Shown piece after piece: positions 27,107 through 35,848 of a stretch of DNA of 64,000 nt. How positions within the stretch are numbered: position 1 is the stretch's first letter; every line of letters starts with the position of its first letter. Below the pieces are notes generated by a model, which had not been told where the DNA came from, made no database searches, and saw only the letters and a list, made by a program, of their open reading frames with translations. The position numbers were made by a program, and so were the translations under genes. Source of the DNA: Lachnospira sp. (GTDB lineage: Bacteria; Bacillota; Clostridia; Lachnospirales; Lachnospiraceae); NCBI GenBank assembly GCA_015057605.1, contig SVDX01000002.1, positions 24,312 through 88,311 on the forward strand, given 5' to 3'.

Positions 27107-29008
27107 TTATTGATATCTACCGTTTACGCCGGCATATTTTTTAACAAATGCAGGTACGTTTGCTACCTCTGTCAATATCGAAACATTTGTCTTTTTATTT
27201 ACTGAGTCATAATAGAAAAGACTTGAACTAACATCAAATTTTGAATAATCGGTCTTACCATCTGGTTTACAAGAATTAGCAACATATTGCGTTCTACTTG
27301 TTACCTTTGTTGAATTAACGCCTGATGTGCTCTTAAAATAATCATTAAATGACTTAATTACTGCTCCAGATGTTACTTTATGTGCATTTGAGCTATTTTC
27401 AAAATAGTTACTTTCACTAAACACATAGCCATTTGCTCTTATTGAAAGACATGAACCACATTTGTAATAATAATTATTATAAATATGTATATTAGCGCCT
27501 CTTCCTAATGGAAGTCTTGAAGATACCTCATTATAGTAATTGTGATGGAATGTAATATTTTTACAGCTTGCCGAATCACTGCTTCCTACAAGTCCTGTTT
27601 TACCACATTTATTAAAATTGTTATAGCTTGCTGTAACATTGGTAACATTATTTAAATCTAATGCACCATCACCTTTACTCTTATCTTGTTCACCTGTAAG
27701 GTCCCAGTTGTTTTTACCAGAATTAAAGGTATTGTCGTGAATCCAATATTTTGAATATGAATCATTAAGTGAGTTAGCCATAAAAGCTAATGCATCCTCT
27801 GGATAACCAGTAAATGTAAGGTTCTTTACCTCTATTGAATAAGCATCCGAAAAAGACATTCCCCATTGGAATATTTCCGCATCTGTGCCAACGCCCTCAA
27901 TAGTTACGTTCTTAGCACCCGAAATGCTTATGCAGTTAAAATTAGAATCATCATCATATACTGTTTTACCTTTAATATCTGAATATTTAGATGCTGTGTA
28001 GGTTGTGGTCTTTTTAGAGCTTCCAGAATCTGCAAGTTTTACAATTCCCGTTGCTGTTGTTTTATAATTATAGTTTTTACCTTCTTTAGCATCTTTTACT
28101 CTAAGTGTTATATTAGCTATATTTTCACCGTACTCTGTTGAAAATGTATTTTCAAAATGTGTACTTGAAAGGTTCGAATTATCAGCAAGACGTGGAACTA
28201 CTGCTTTATAATTCCATTGATTTGTTGTAATTTTACCATGAACTCTTATAAGCACCGGATTCTGACTCTTGCTTAAATTCATAAGAATATTAGCTATACC
28301 AACATATTGTTTACCAGAAAATGTAGCTGTAATTGTATTCTTATTTGCATTTGTAAGATTAAGTACTATAACATTGCTCTTTAGCGAACCATCGTTATTA
28401 TATGCACCAATACCATCTGTATTATTAAAATGTGCATATCCTGATCTATCTATTGCTGTTACCAACACATTAAATGTCTTTGTTGCATTACCATTTGATG
28501 TGGTTTTTTTAATACAAACCTCATAGCTACCAACAGGTAATGCTGTTATTTCACAGGTGTTTGCTGTGCTACTTTTAACAATGTCTGCACCGTTAACGTA
28601 AGTATAACCTACTGCTCCCACCTTTTTGTAGCCTACTTGATAGGTGGCATTCGAAGTATTTTCAAAGCTTAGCTTAATAAACTCTTTGTAGCCCTTTACT
28701 TCCAAAACATTTAAGTCAACTGACTGTACTGGAGCATCTGTTGGTGTTTCTGTAGGTGCTTGCGTTGGAGCATCTGTTGGCGCATCTGTTGGCGCATCTG
28801 TTGGAGCATCTGTTGGTGCATCTGTTGGTGCATCTGTTGGAGCATCTGTTGGCGCATCTGTTGGTGCATCTGTTGGTGCATCTGTTGCTACATTAGTCGC
28901 TTGTGTAGGCTCTTTAGTATTTACGATACTATCTTTTTTTGAGTTACAGGAAATCATTATAAATACTAAAGCCGTCAACATCAAACTTATAGCAATTCTT
29001 CTTTTCAT
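27107..29008 (-). CDS. lipoprotein with (TDAP)n linker, Ig/FN3-like region and PL1-type pectate-lyase beta-helix domain
   Basis: Lipobox FIMISC. PL1 motifs are WIHDNTF, GDGALDL and HHNYYNEVSSRLPLGRGANIHIYNNYY (compare the PelC-type vWiDH, DgxxD and RxPxxR..hvyNNyy motifs). Confidence 0.75.
   Translation of the reverse strand: MKRRIAISLMLTALVFIMISCNSKKDSIVNTKEPTQATNVATDAPTDAPTDAPTDAPTDAPTDAPTDAPTDAPTDAPTDAPTQAPTETPTDAPVQSVDLNVLEVKGYKEFIKLSFENTSNATYQVGYKKVGAVGYTYVNGADIVKSSTANTCEITALPVGSYEVCIKKTTSNGNATKTFNVLVTAIDRSGYAHFNNTDGIGAYNNDGSLKSNVIVLNLTNANKNTITATFSGKQYVGIANILMNLSKSQNPVLIRVHGKITTNQWNYKAVVPRLADNSNLSSTHFENTFSTEYGENIANITLRVKDAKEGKNYNYKTTATGIVKLADSGSSKKTTTYTASKYSDIKGKTVYDDDSNFNCISISGAKNVTIEGVGTDAEIFQWGMSFSDAYSIEVKNLTFTGYPEDALAFMANSLNDSYSKYWIHDNTFNSGKNNWDLTGEQDKSKGDGALDLNNVTNVTASYNNFNKCGKTGLVGSSDSASCKNITFHHNYYNEVSSRLPLGRGANIHIYNNYYYKCGSCLSIRANGYVFSESNYFENSSNAHKVTSGAVIKSFNDYFKSTSGVNSTKVTSRTQYVANSCKPDGKTDYSKFDVSSSLFYYDSVNKKTNVSILTEVANVPAFVKKYAGVNGRYQ
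28731..28888 (-). repeat. in-frame 12-bp tandem repeat, about 13 units, encoding (T-D/Q/E-A/T-P)n
   Basis: Ten consecutive CATCTGTTGGnG units plus three degenerate units. Within the ten perfect TDAP units the only variation is at the third position of the Ala codon. Confidence 0.95.
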
Positions 29009-29664
29009 GCTTTATCCTCACTTTCTTCTGTTTGTATCATTTTTCTAATATTTTGCATATGAATATCTGTAGCATAAATTATATCAGCACACTTTTTAAG
29101 CTCTTTTGATACTTCTTTTGTATTAGCTACATTTTTCTTGTAATGAATATCATGCTCTAGGCTTGCCCAAAAATCCATAGCAATCGTTCTAATCTGAACC
29201 TCAACCTTAACAGGTTGCTTTCTGTCAGATAAGAAAACCGGAACTTCAACTACTAAATGCAAGCTTCTATATCCATTGGGTTTCGGATTTTTAATATAGT
29301 CCTTACATTCAAGAATTTTTATATCATCCTGCTTTGTAAGCATATCTGCAACTGTATAAATATCTTCCACAAATGCACAAATTACTCTTACACCAGCTAT
29401 ATCATTAAGAGATGCAAGTCCAAGTTCGTCAATAGATATCCCTTTTCTTTTTAGCTTTTCTATAATACTCATTGGCTGTTTAATTCTTGACTTGATTGTT
29501 TCGATTGGATTTCTATCCCATGTCATCTGAAATTCATCATTTAAAACTTCGAGCTTTGTACGAATTTCTTTAATAGCACTATTATAAACCATCATTATTC
29601 GTCCAAATTTCTTACCTTCAGTAAATACCCTATCACGCATTTCATTTACAGCATTCTCTTCCAT
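29005..29664 (-). CDS. small alarmone synthetase (RelP/RelQ-type GTP pyrophosphokinase)
   Basis: 219 aa with the RelA/SpoT synthetase-domain pattern (DIAGVRVICAFVEDIY, GYRSLHLVVEVPV, VEVQIRT). An AAGGAGG SD lies 6 nt before the ATG. Confidence 0.85.
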   Translation of the reverse strand: MEENAVNEMRDRVFTEGKKFGRIMMVYNSAIKEIRTKLEVLNDEFQMTWDRNPIETIKSRIKQPMSIIEKLKRKGISIDELGLASLNDIAGVRVICAFVEDIYTVADMLTKQDDIKILECKDYIKNPKPNGYRSLHLVVEVPVFLSDRKQPVKVEVQIRTIAMDFWASLEHDIHYKKNVANTKEVSKELKKCADIIYATDIHMQNIRKMIQTEESEDKA

Positions 29665-30469
29665 TTGTTTCCTCCTTAACTTTTTTCAAGCTCAAAAATG
29701 CACACAAGCCACCACGCTTACCTTGTGTTGCTCTATGAGAAAAATATTTATCACTATTGCAGCAGGTACATATACCTGAAATCTGTATATTTTCATGTTT
29801 AATTCCACAATTGATAAAATTGTAGTAATTAGCCTTCCATAAATCGAGCAAATATTTTTCATCATTTTTTCTCGTAAAAATATCACTCATTTCCCTGCTA
29901 TTATATTTTTTTGAAAATTCATCATATAAGTCTTTGCTTACTTCGTAGCATTCCTTGCATATTGAAGGACCTATTACACACACAATATTCTCAGGCTTTG
30001 AAGCAAATTCATCCGCCATAAGCTTAATTGTATTAGCTGCAATATTTCCAACAGTTCCTCTCCATCCCGAATGCGAAAGACCTATTGCTTCATTTATTGG
30101 ATCATAAAAATATAATGGAACACAGTCTGCATACGATGTCACAAGCACTGCTGATTTGTCATTTGTTACAAGTCCATCAATATCATTAAATGGATTGTTA
30201 TATACACCATTCTTGAAACAAAATTCATCAGAGACCCTAATCACATTAGTAGTATGTGTCTGTCTGCTCATAATAAGCTTATTAAAATCAACATTAATCG
30301 CCTTTGAAAAACGTTTAAAATTCTCAAGCACTAATTTTTCATCATCACCACAGTTAAAATTCAGATTCATGCTTTTATATATGCCTGTACTTACACCACC
30401 ATGCTTTGTTGAAAATGCATTGGTCAAACCATATCTATCAAGCTTTTCAAAACTAACATAAGGGACCAT
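29642..30469 (-). CDS. pgeF: YfiH/PgeF-family (DUF152) peptidoglycan editing factor / purine nucleoside-processing enzyme
   Basis: Family pattern TKHGGVS, QTHTTNV, ADCVPL and HSGWRG. Confidence 0.85.
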   Translation of the reverse strand: MVPYVSFEKLDRYGLTNAFSTKHGGVSTGIYKSMNLNFNCGDDEKLVLENFKRFSKAINVDFNKLIMSRQTHTTNVIRVSDEFCFKNGVYNNPFNDIDGLVTNDKSAVLVTSYADCVPLYFYDPINEAIGLSHSGWRGTVGNIAANTIKLMADEFASKPENIVCVIGPSICKECYEVSKDLYDEFSKKYNSREMSDIFTRKNDEKYLLDLWKANYYNFINCGIKHENIQISGICTCCNSDKYFSHRATQGKRGGLCAFLSLKKVKEETNGRECCK

Positions 30470-30480
30470 AATTTTCTCCT

Positions 30481-30819
30481 CTAAAATGCATTTTTATATA
30501 TTTGAATATCTCTTCCACATATTGAAACAACATCAAATCTAATTTTTATATTACTACATTTGTGTGAAAAAACAAAGAACTCGGCGACTCTTCTTATTGT
30601 GGTCTGTTTTTTATAATTTACAGCTTCAAGCGGATGTCCAAATCTTGTAGAACTTCTGTATTTAACCTCAACAAAGCAAAGATATCCTCCATCTTTGCCT
30701 ATAATGTCTATCTCGCCTAAGCGATTACGATAATTCCTATATAAAATTTCATATCCATTTTCAACAAGGTATTGCACTGCAACTTCCTCGTAATTGCTCC
30801 CAACCTGTCTTTTATTCAC
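30481..30819 (-). CDS. yraN: YraN-family (UPF0102) predicted endonuclease
   Basis: GEIDIIGKDGGYLCFVEVKYR core, 112 aa. Confidence 0.85.
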   Translation of the reverse strand: MNKRQVGSNYEEVAVQYLVENGYEILYRNYRNRLGEIDIIGKDGGYLCFVEVKYRSSTRFGHPLEAVNYKKQTTIRRVAEFFVFSHKCSNIKIRFDVVSICGRDIQIYKNAF

Positions 30820-31097
30820 TTAGTAATCTTCCCCTTTAATTTATCCATATTATCAACGAATACAAGTATTTCTGCCACTACACTATATAGCTCTGGCGGT
30901 ATCATATCACCTATTTCTAATTTTGAAAGTGTTTTTGCAAGCTTATCATCCTTATACAAAGGAACATCGTATTCTGTCGCCTTTTCTATAATCTTTTCAG
31001 CAACCAATCCCTTACCGGAAGCTATAATTCGTGGTGCTTCATCATCTGTATCATATGATAACGCAATCGCATGTTTTATTTCCTTACGTTCCTGCAT
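30816..31097 (-). CDS. FlhB C-terminal-domain-like protein (YlqH type)
   Basis: 93 aa. The pattern AIALSYDTDDEAPRIIASGKGLVAEKIIEKA...IPPELYSVVAEILVFV matches the FhlB-domain pattern. Confidence 0.8.
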   Translation of the reverse strand: MQERKEIKHAIALSYDTDDEAPRIIASGKGLVAEKIIEKATEYDVPLYKDDKLAKTLSKLEIGDMIPPELYSVVAEILVFVDNMDKLKGKITK

Positions 31098-31112
31098 AGC
31101 TTCCTCCTTATC

Positions 31113-32570
31113 TTAGGCTTTTATATCAAACGAAAATCTTGTTGTTGTAACTGTTGGAATATTTGCAATTTTTGCAAATGTATCAATCAAACTATTTTCC
31201 TTCTTAGTGTTAGTGTCTTCATTAATTTGTGTTTTAATATCAACATTGTAACCTAATTTTTGAAGTCTCTCATTCAAAATGTGCATATGAGCTTCTATAA
31301 AATCCAAAACCTCTTCATTAGCTAAGCGAAAATTCGTTGATAAATTATTATTATTCAGACTTATAAATACATCTAATGCCCCTATGTTATCCATATCTAA
31401 ATGTAATAACGCTGTAACATTATTATCATCCTTAACACTCTTTTTATTTCTAAAAACATATAAATCTCCATGTGCTTCCTGCTCGCTCAATTTAAGCGGA
31501 AGCTGCACATATGCCATAAAATTATTTACGTTATTTAAAAATGTTATATTGCTCCTTAATTCATTAACTGTATTGCTAATCTTAGTCTCTCCTGACTTTA
31601 CAAGCTCCTCTGCTAAACTTTCAAGCTTTTCACTTATTTCTTCATAAAACTTTGAAACCTCGCCCTCTTTTTCAATTTGCTTAGGGCTAAGCAAAAGCTC
31701 ATTTCGTACAAACTCACGAATTATTTCTTTGTATTCCTTAGTCTGTGCAAGCTTTTCAAACTCAGGATATTCAAGCGTTGTATTAACCTTATTCAAAAAA
31801 TCCTTTATATCAAGCTCGCCTTCCTTTACCTCAACGGCAAGCGAAGTTTCTTTTCCTAAAACATTTATAAGTTCTTCTCTTTGAATAGGTGTTAAAACCT
31901 CTTTTAATGGCACCGGTAATTTAGTATCTGTTGATAAATGTTCAATAACTGCATTACGAACTATAGGTGATTCTATCTTTACATATTCATCAAAAATCTG
32001 TACCATTCCATCCTTAATGCTATGCTCGTAATTTTGATATTTTGATAATTGATTAAGATTATCTGCATTTATCTCTATTCCCATATGCTTTAAGCTAACA
32101 ATATCAGAAACCTTAGCCTCCGGAAATTTCAAAATCTGTTTTGAGAGATTCGTTACGGTTTCTTTATCAATAGGCATATTTTGTCTTACAAGTTCTCGTA
32201 CAAGATCAACGTTTTTATCGGTTGGCGGTATTTTTGCATTATCTAATGCCTTATCTATTAAAACAAATTCATCCTTTAAATTAACCTGTGGCTTAATAAC
32301 TATTTGCTGTTGCGAATTATCCTTTATTGCAAATTTAATGTCATCACCAATATTAAAATTGAAATCTTCTGTCATTGTGGCATTGATAATATTACCGTTA
32401 TCAAGGCGAATTTCAACATCCTGACCAATAACAGACAAAACCTTCCCATTAAATTCATCACCTATGGAAAGGTTTTTTAGCAATTCTATTGCATTTATCT
32501 TATTTTGCTCAGTTATTATATTTTGAGTATATAAGGAAGATGTATTAATCCCAATATTCACAACGCTCAC
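31113..32570 (-). CDS. hypothetical protein with FliK-like (hook-length control) C-terminal domain, in the YlqG position
   Basis: The C-terminal segment LPLKLSEQEAHGDLYVF...ALDVFISLNNNNLSTNFRLANEEVLDFIEAHMHILNERLQKLGY resembles the Flg_hook domain. The gene sits between rnhB and the ylqH-like gene. Confidence 0.5.
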   Translation of the reverse strand: MSVVNIGINTSSLYTQNIITEQNKINAIELLKNLSIGDEFNGKVLSVIGQDVEIRLDNGNIINATMTEDFNFNIGDDIKFAIKDNSQQQIVIKPQVNLKDEFVLIDKALDNAKIPPTDKNVDLVRELVRQNMPIDKETVTNLSKQILKFPEAKVSDIVSLKHMGIEINADNLNQLSKYQNYEHSIKDGMVQIFDEYVKIESPIVRNAVIEHLSTDTKLPVPLKEVLTPIQREELINVLGKETSLAVEVKEGELDIKDFLNKVNTTLEYPEFEKLAQTKEYKEIIREFVRNELLLSPKQIEKEGEVSKFYEEISEKLESLAEELVKSGETKISNTVNELRSNITFLNNVNNFMAYVQLPLKLSEQEAHGDLYVFRNKKSVKDDNNVTALLHLDMDNIGALDVFISLNNNNLSTNFRLANEEVLDFIEAHMHILNERLQKLGYNVDIKTQINEDTNTKKENSLIDTFAKIANIPTVTTTRFSFDIKA

Positions 32571-32594
32571 CCACCTTTATTTTAAAGCTTAAAC

Positions 32595-33347
32595 TTATAC
32601 AAAGTTTCCAATAAAGCTCTTTCTATGTATAGGACAAGGTCCTATCTCTTTAATAGTATCTATATGTGTCTTGCAACCATATCCCTTATGCTTTGCAAAA
32701 CCATATTCTGGATATATTTTATCATATTCTTCCATTATTCTATCTCTGGTAACCTTGGCGATAATACTTGCCGCAGCAATGGAAATACTCTTTGCATCAC
32801 CTTTAATTATTGGCACCTGCTTTATATTAACACCTTTAATCGTAACTGCATCATTTAATAAAATATCCGGCTTTACCTTCATATTATCTATAGCATCGCG
32901 CATAGCCTCATATGTAGCATTGAGTATATTAATCTCGTCAATTCTTTCAGGTCCCACTATACCAACACCATAGCTTACCGCTTTTTCTTTTATTATATCG
33001 AACAACTCATCACGTTTCTTTTGCGAAAGCTGCTTAGAATCATTTATATATAAAATATCACAATCCTTTGGCAATATAACACTTGCTGCAACAACAGGGC
33101 CCGCAAGTGGACCTCTTCCAGCTTCATCTATTCCACAAATATACCCATATTGTTCGTATTCTCTTTCATAACGTTTCATATTCTCTGTTCTAATTTTTTC
33201 GTTTTCAAGTGCAATAAGCTGCTTATTGTATTTATCAATAAGCTTTTTTACTGCAGCTCTTTCATCAGAAGAATATTCATTTATAAGTGCTACTATATCT
33301 GTCGCATTTTCAAATTTTTCCTTAATTAAAGCTACACTTTCGGCCAT
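32595..33347 (-). CDS. rnhB: ribonuclease HII
   Basis: GIDEAGRGPLAGPVV and DSKQLS motifs. Confidence 0.9.
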   Translation of the reverse strand: MAESVALIKEKFENATDIVALINEYSSDERAAVKKLIDKYNKQLIALENEKIRTENMKRYEREYEQYGYICGIDEAGRGPLAGPVVAASVILPKDCDILYINDSKQLSQKKRDELFDIIKEKAVSYGVGIVGPERIDEINILNATYEAMRDAIDNMKVKPDILLNDAVTIKGVNIKQVPIIKGDAKSISIAAASIIAKVTRDRIMEEYDKIYPEYGFAKHKGYGCKTHIDTIKEIGPCPIHRKSFIGNFV

Positions 33348-33363
33348 ACCTTCACCACTTTAT

Positions 33364-33933
33364 CTAATATATTGTAAAATCCTTTATTGGGCTTATTCTT
33401 AAAAATGCCTTTCCAATAATTTGCGACTTTTTAACCTTCGCAACCTTTGGATTGCGGCTATCGTCGCTATTATTGCGATTATCACCAAGCACAAAATATT
33501 CATCCTCGCCTAAAGTAATAGGCTCACTTGCCAAACCCGGCTCCCATATGTATTCTAAATCCAATTTTTCATCATAATACATTTCGCCGTTGATATAAAC
33601 ATTTCCATCAATTATCTGAATAGTTTCTCCCGGCAAGCCTATAACTCTCTTAATATAGGTTGTGTCCTTCAAATACAAAAACTTAAATGTTATTATATCA
33701 TTACGCTTTGGCTCCGAAAATTTGTATGCGAGCTTATTGCATACCATAACATCACCTGCATTAAGTGTAGGTCCCATTGAATATCCGTCTACTGTATAAA
33801 GGGTAATAGCAAATATTGACACTGTTATTGCTATAGCAAATATAACAGCAAACATTACAATATATTTTCCTGCAATCTTCATATTTGTTTTAAATATTCT
33901 TGACATTATTTTAAATCTCATATTAGCTTTCAT
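33364..33933 (-). CDS. lepB: signal peptidase I
   Basis: GYSMGPTL (catalytic Ser), YIKRVIGLPGE (catalytic Lys) and GDNRNNSDDSR. The start may be 33921. Confidence 0.85.
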   Translation of the reverse strand: MKANMRFKIMSRIFKTNMKIAGKYIVMFAVIFAIAITVSIFAITLYTVDGYSMGPTLNAGDVMVCNKLAYKFSEPKRNDIITFKFLYLKDTTYIKRVIGLPGETIQIIDGNVYINGEMYYDEKLDLEYIWEPGLASEPITLGEDEYFVLGDNRNNSDDSRNPKVAKVKKSQIIGKAFLRISPIKDFTIY

Positions 33934-34771
33934 AAGGCCACTCCAATACTATTTTTCCTATTCTTGCTGCTCTAAAATCATCTAACAAAAGTAGTGCAGC
34001 TTTATCATAATCTAATTCGTTACCCTTTTTTAAGCATTTTCTGCTGTCTGCAATACTGTTTAAGGTTTTAAATGCATCTTCATCCTCTTCAATACCATAA
34101 AACTCACCTATTGTACCACTGTAATGCTTTGAAAGATATTTGATAAGTTCCATTGCAAGCTCTGTTGAATCAAGAATCTGATCATTAATAGAACCAATAA
34201 ATGCTAACTTTAAGCCTACTAATTTATCTTCAAACTTTGGCCACAAAATACCCGGTGTATCTAATAATTCTACGCTTTTATTAAGTCTAATCCACTGCTT
34301 ACCCTTAGTTACACCCGGCTTGTTACCGGTTTTAGTACATGCTTTTTTAGCAACTGCATTTATAAATGTAGATTTACCTACATTAGGTATTCCTGCAACC
34401 ATAGCTCTTATTGGTCTGTTAAGTATACCCTTCTTACGGTCTCTTTCAATCTTTTCTTTACATGCATCTGTAATCACAGCATTAACCGATTTAATACCAG
34501 TACCTGATTTTGAATTAGTCTTAATAACATAATATCCTTTAGCCTCGAAATACGCGCTCCATAATTCATTAGCTTTTTCTGATACTAAGTCTGATTTATT
34601 CAATATAATTATTCTTGACTTATTCTTGCCAAGCTCATCTATGTCCGGATTACGACTACTTATAGGAACTCTTGCATCAACTAATTCAATTATTAAATCT
34701 ACTAATTTAACGTCTTCTTGCATCATTCGTTTTGCCTTAGTCATATGACCCGGATACCATTGAATGTTCAT
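33923..34771 (-). CDS. rbgA: ribosome biogenesis GTPase A (YlqF)
   Basis: MNIQWYPGHMTKA start and circularly permuted GTPase motifs (NKSDL, GIPNVGKST). Confidence 0.9.
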   Translation of the reverse strand: MNIQWYPGHMTKAKRMMQEDVKLVDLIIELVDARVPISSRNPDIDELGKNKSRIIILNKSDLVSEKANELWSAYFEAKGYYVIKTNSKSGTGIKSVNAVITDACKEKIERDRKKGILNRPIRAMVAGIPNVGKSTFINAVAKKACTKTGNKPGVTKGKQWIRLNKSVELLDTPGILWPKFEDKLVGLKLAFIGSINDQILDSTELAMELIKYLSKHYSGTIGEFYGIEEDEDAFKTLNSIADSRKCLKKGNELDYDKAALLLLDDFRAARIGKIVLEWPYES

Positions 34772-34791
34772 ATCTATTCTCCATTTCTTTA

Positions 34792-35349
34792 TTAAGGCTT
34801 ACCAAACTTTTCAAATGGAAGTACTCTAAACCACACACTTCCAATTATATTATCTATCTTTACATTGCCAAAGCTTTGACTTCTGCTGTCATCACTGTTA
34901 TTACGATTGTCTCCAAGCACAAAATATTCATCCTTACCAAGTTCAATCTTATTATCCGCAATACCAACATTATAAATGTCCGCATCTATAACATCGTCAT
35001 TTAGTGGCTGATCATTTATATATATAATACTATTTTTTATTTGAACCGTTTCTCCTGGCAAGCCAACAATCCTTTTGATATGATATTCTACTGAACTACC
35101 TTCCTTAGCTTCTATAGCAACAGTATCATATCTTTTTGGCTTGGATAAATGATATTCTATCTTATTAACAAGTACTACATCACCATTTTCAAAATTAGGC
35201 TCCATAGAATGTCCTACAATTGAATATCTCTCACAAGTATAGTTTACTATAAAATATGCTAAAAATACAACTACTATTATATCTGCAATCCATTTTGCAA
35301 CAGTAGTTACTATTCTGTTCTCTGTAACCTGTTTCTTAAATTCTATCAT
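34792..35349 (-). CDS. lepB: signal peptidase I (second paralog)
   Basis: GHSMEPNF, HIKRIVGLPGE and GDNRNNSDDSR. Start set at MIEFKKQ. Confidence 0.85.
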   Translation of the reverse strand: MIEFKKQVTENRIVTTVAKWIADIIVVVFLAYFIVNYTCERYSIVGHSMEPNFENGDVVLVNKIEYHLSKPKRYDTVAIEAKEGSSVEYHIKRIVGLPGETVQIKNSIIYINDQPLNDDVIDADIYNVGIADNKIELGKDEYFVLGDNRNNSDDSRSQSFGNVKIDNIIGSVWFRVLPFEKFGKP

Positions 35350-35408
35350 AAAGTACCTCAAAACACAAAAGGACAACTACAAAACGTACTTGTCCTCTAA
35401 ATGCTAAA

Positions 35409-35756
35409 TTATTTTACTAATTCTTTTACCTTAGCTGCCTTACCAACTCTGTCTCTTAAGTAGTAAAGTTTAGCTCTTCTTACCTTACCTAATCTTACTA
35501 CTTCAATACCAACAACTGATGGTGAGTGTAATGGCCAAGTCTTTTCTACGCCTACACCGTTAGAATTCTTTCTTACTGTGAAAGTTTCTCTGTTGCTTCC
35601 ACCCTGTCTCTTAATTACAGTTCCTTCAAATACCTGAACTCTTTCACGGTTACCTTCCTTAATCTTAGCTGATACCTTAACTGTATCACCAACCTTAAAA
35701 TCTGCAATTTCAGATTTAAGCTGAGCTGCTTCAATGCTCTTAATAATTTCGTTCAT
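35409..35756 (-). CDS. rplS: 50S ribosomal protein L19
   Basis: 115 aa, FKVGDTVKV...[14 protein letters not shown]. Confidence 0.95.
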   Translation of the reverse strand: MNEIIKSIEAAQLKSEIADFKVGDTVKVSAKIKEGNRERVQVFEGTVIKRQGGSNRETFTVRKNSNGVGVEKTWPLHSPSVVGIEVVRLGKVRRAKLYYLRDRVGKAAKVKELVK

Positions 35757-35848
35757 GTGTGACCTCCTTAAATAATTGGATGTTCTTAATACACTATGTA
35801 ACAGAGGACCATCTATTTTTCACAACTATGTAAATATAACATACATTA

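Noticed and set aside
28731-28888. Possible CRISPR-like array, because of the regular repeats
   Set aside because: The period is only 12 bp with no spacers. It is in-frame within a CDS, and there are no cas genes anywhere in the window.
28760-28942. Plus-strand ORF encoding MRWSICWRICWRICW..., a striking repetitive peptide
   Set aside because: It is the antisense reading of the (TDAP)n repeat inside a well-supported minus-strand lipoprotein gene. It has no SD and no independent support.
35757-35848. L19 (rplS) ribosomal-protein leader RNA in the 92-nt trmD-rplS gap
   Set aside because: Only weak 4-6 bp helices can be drawn, and I cannot recall the motif well enough to match it. This needs an Infernal search.
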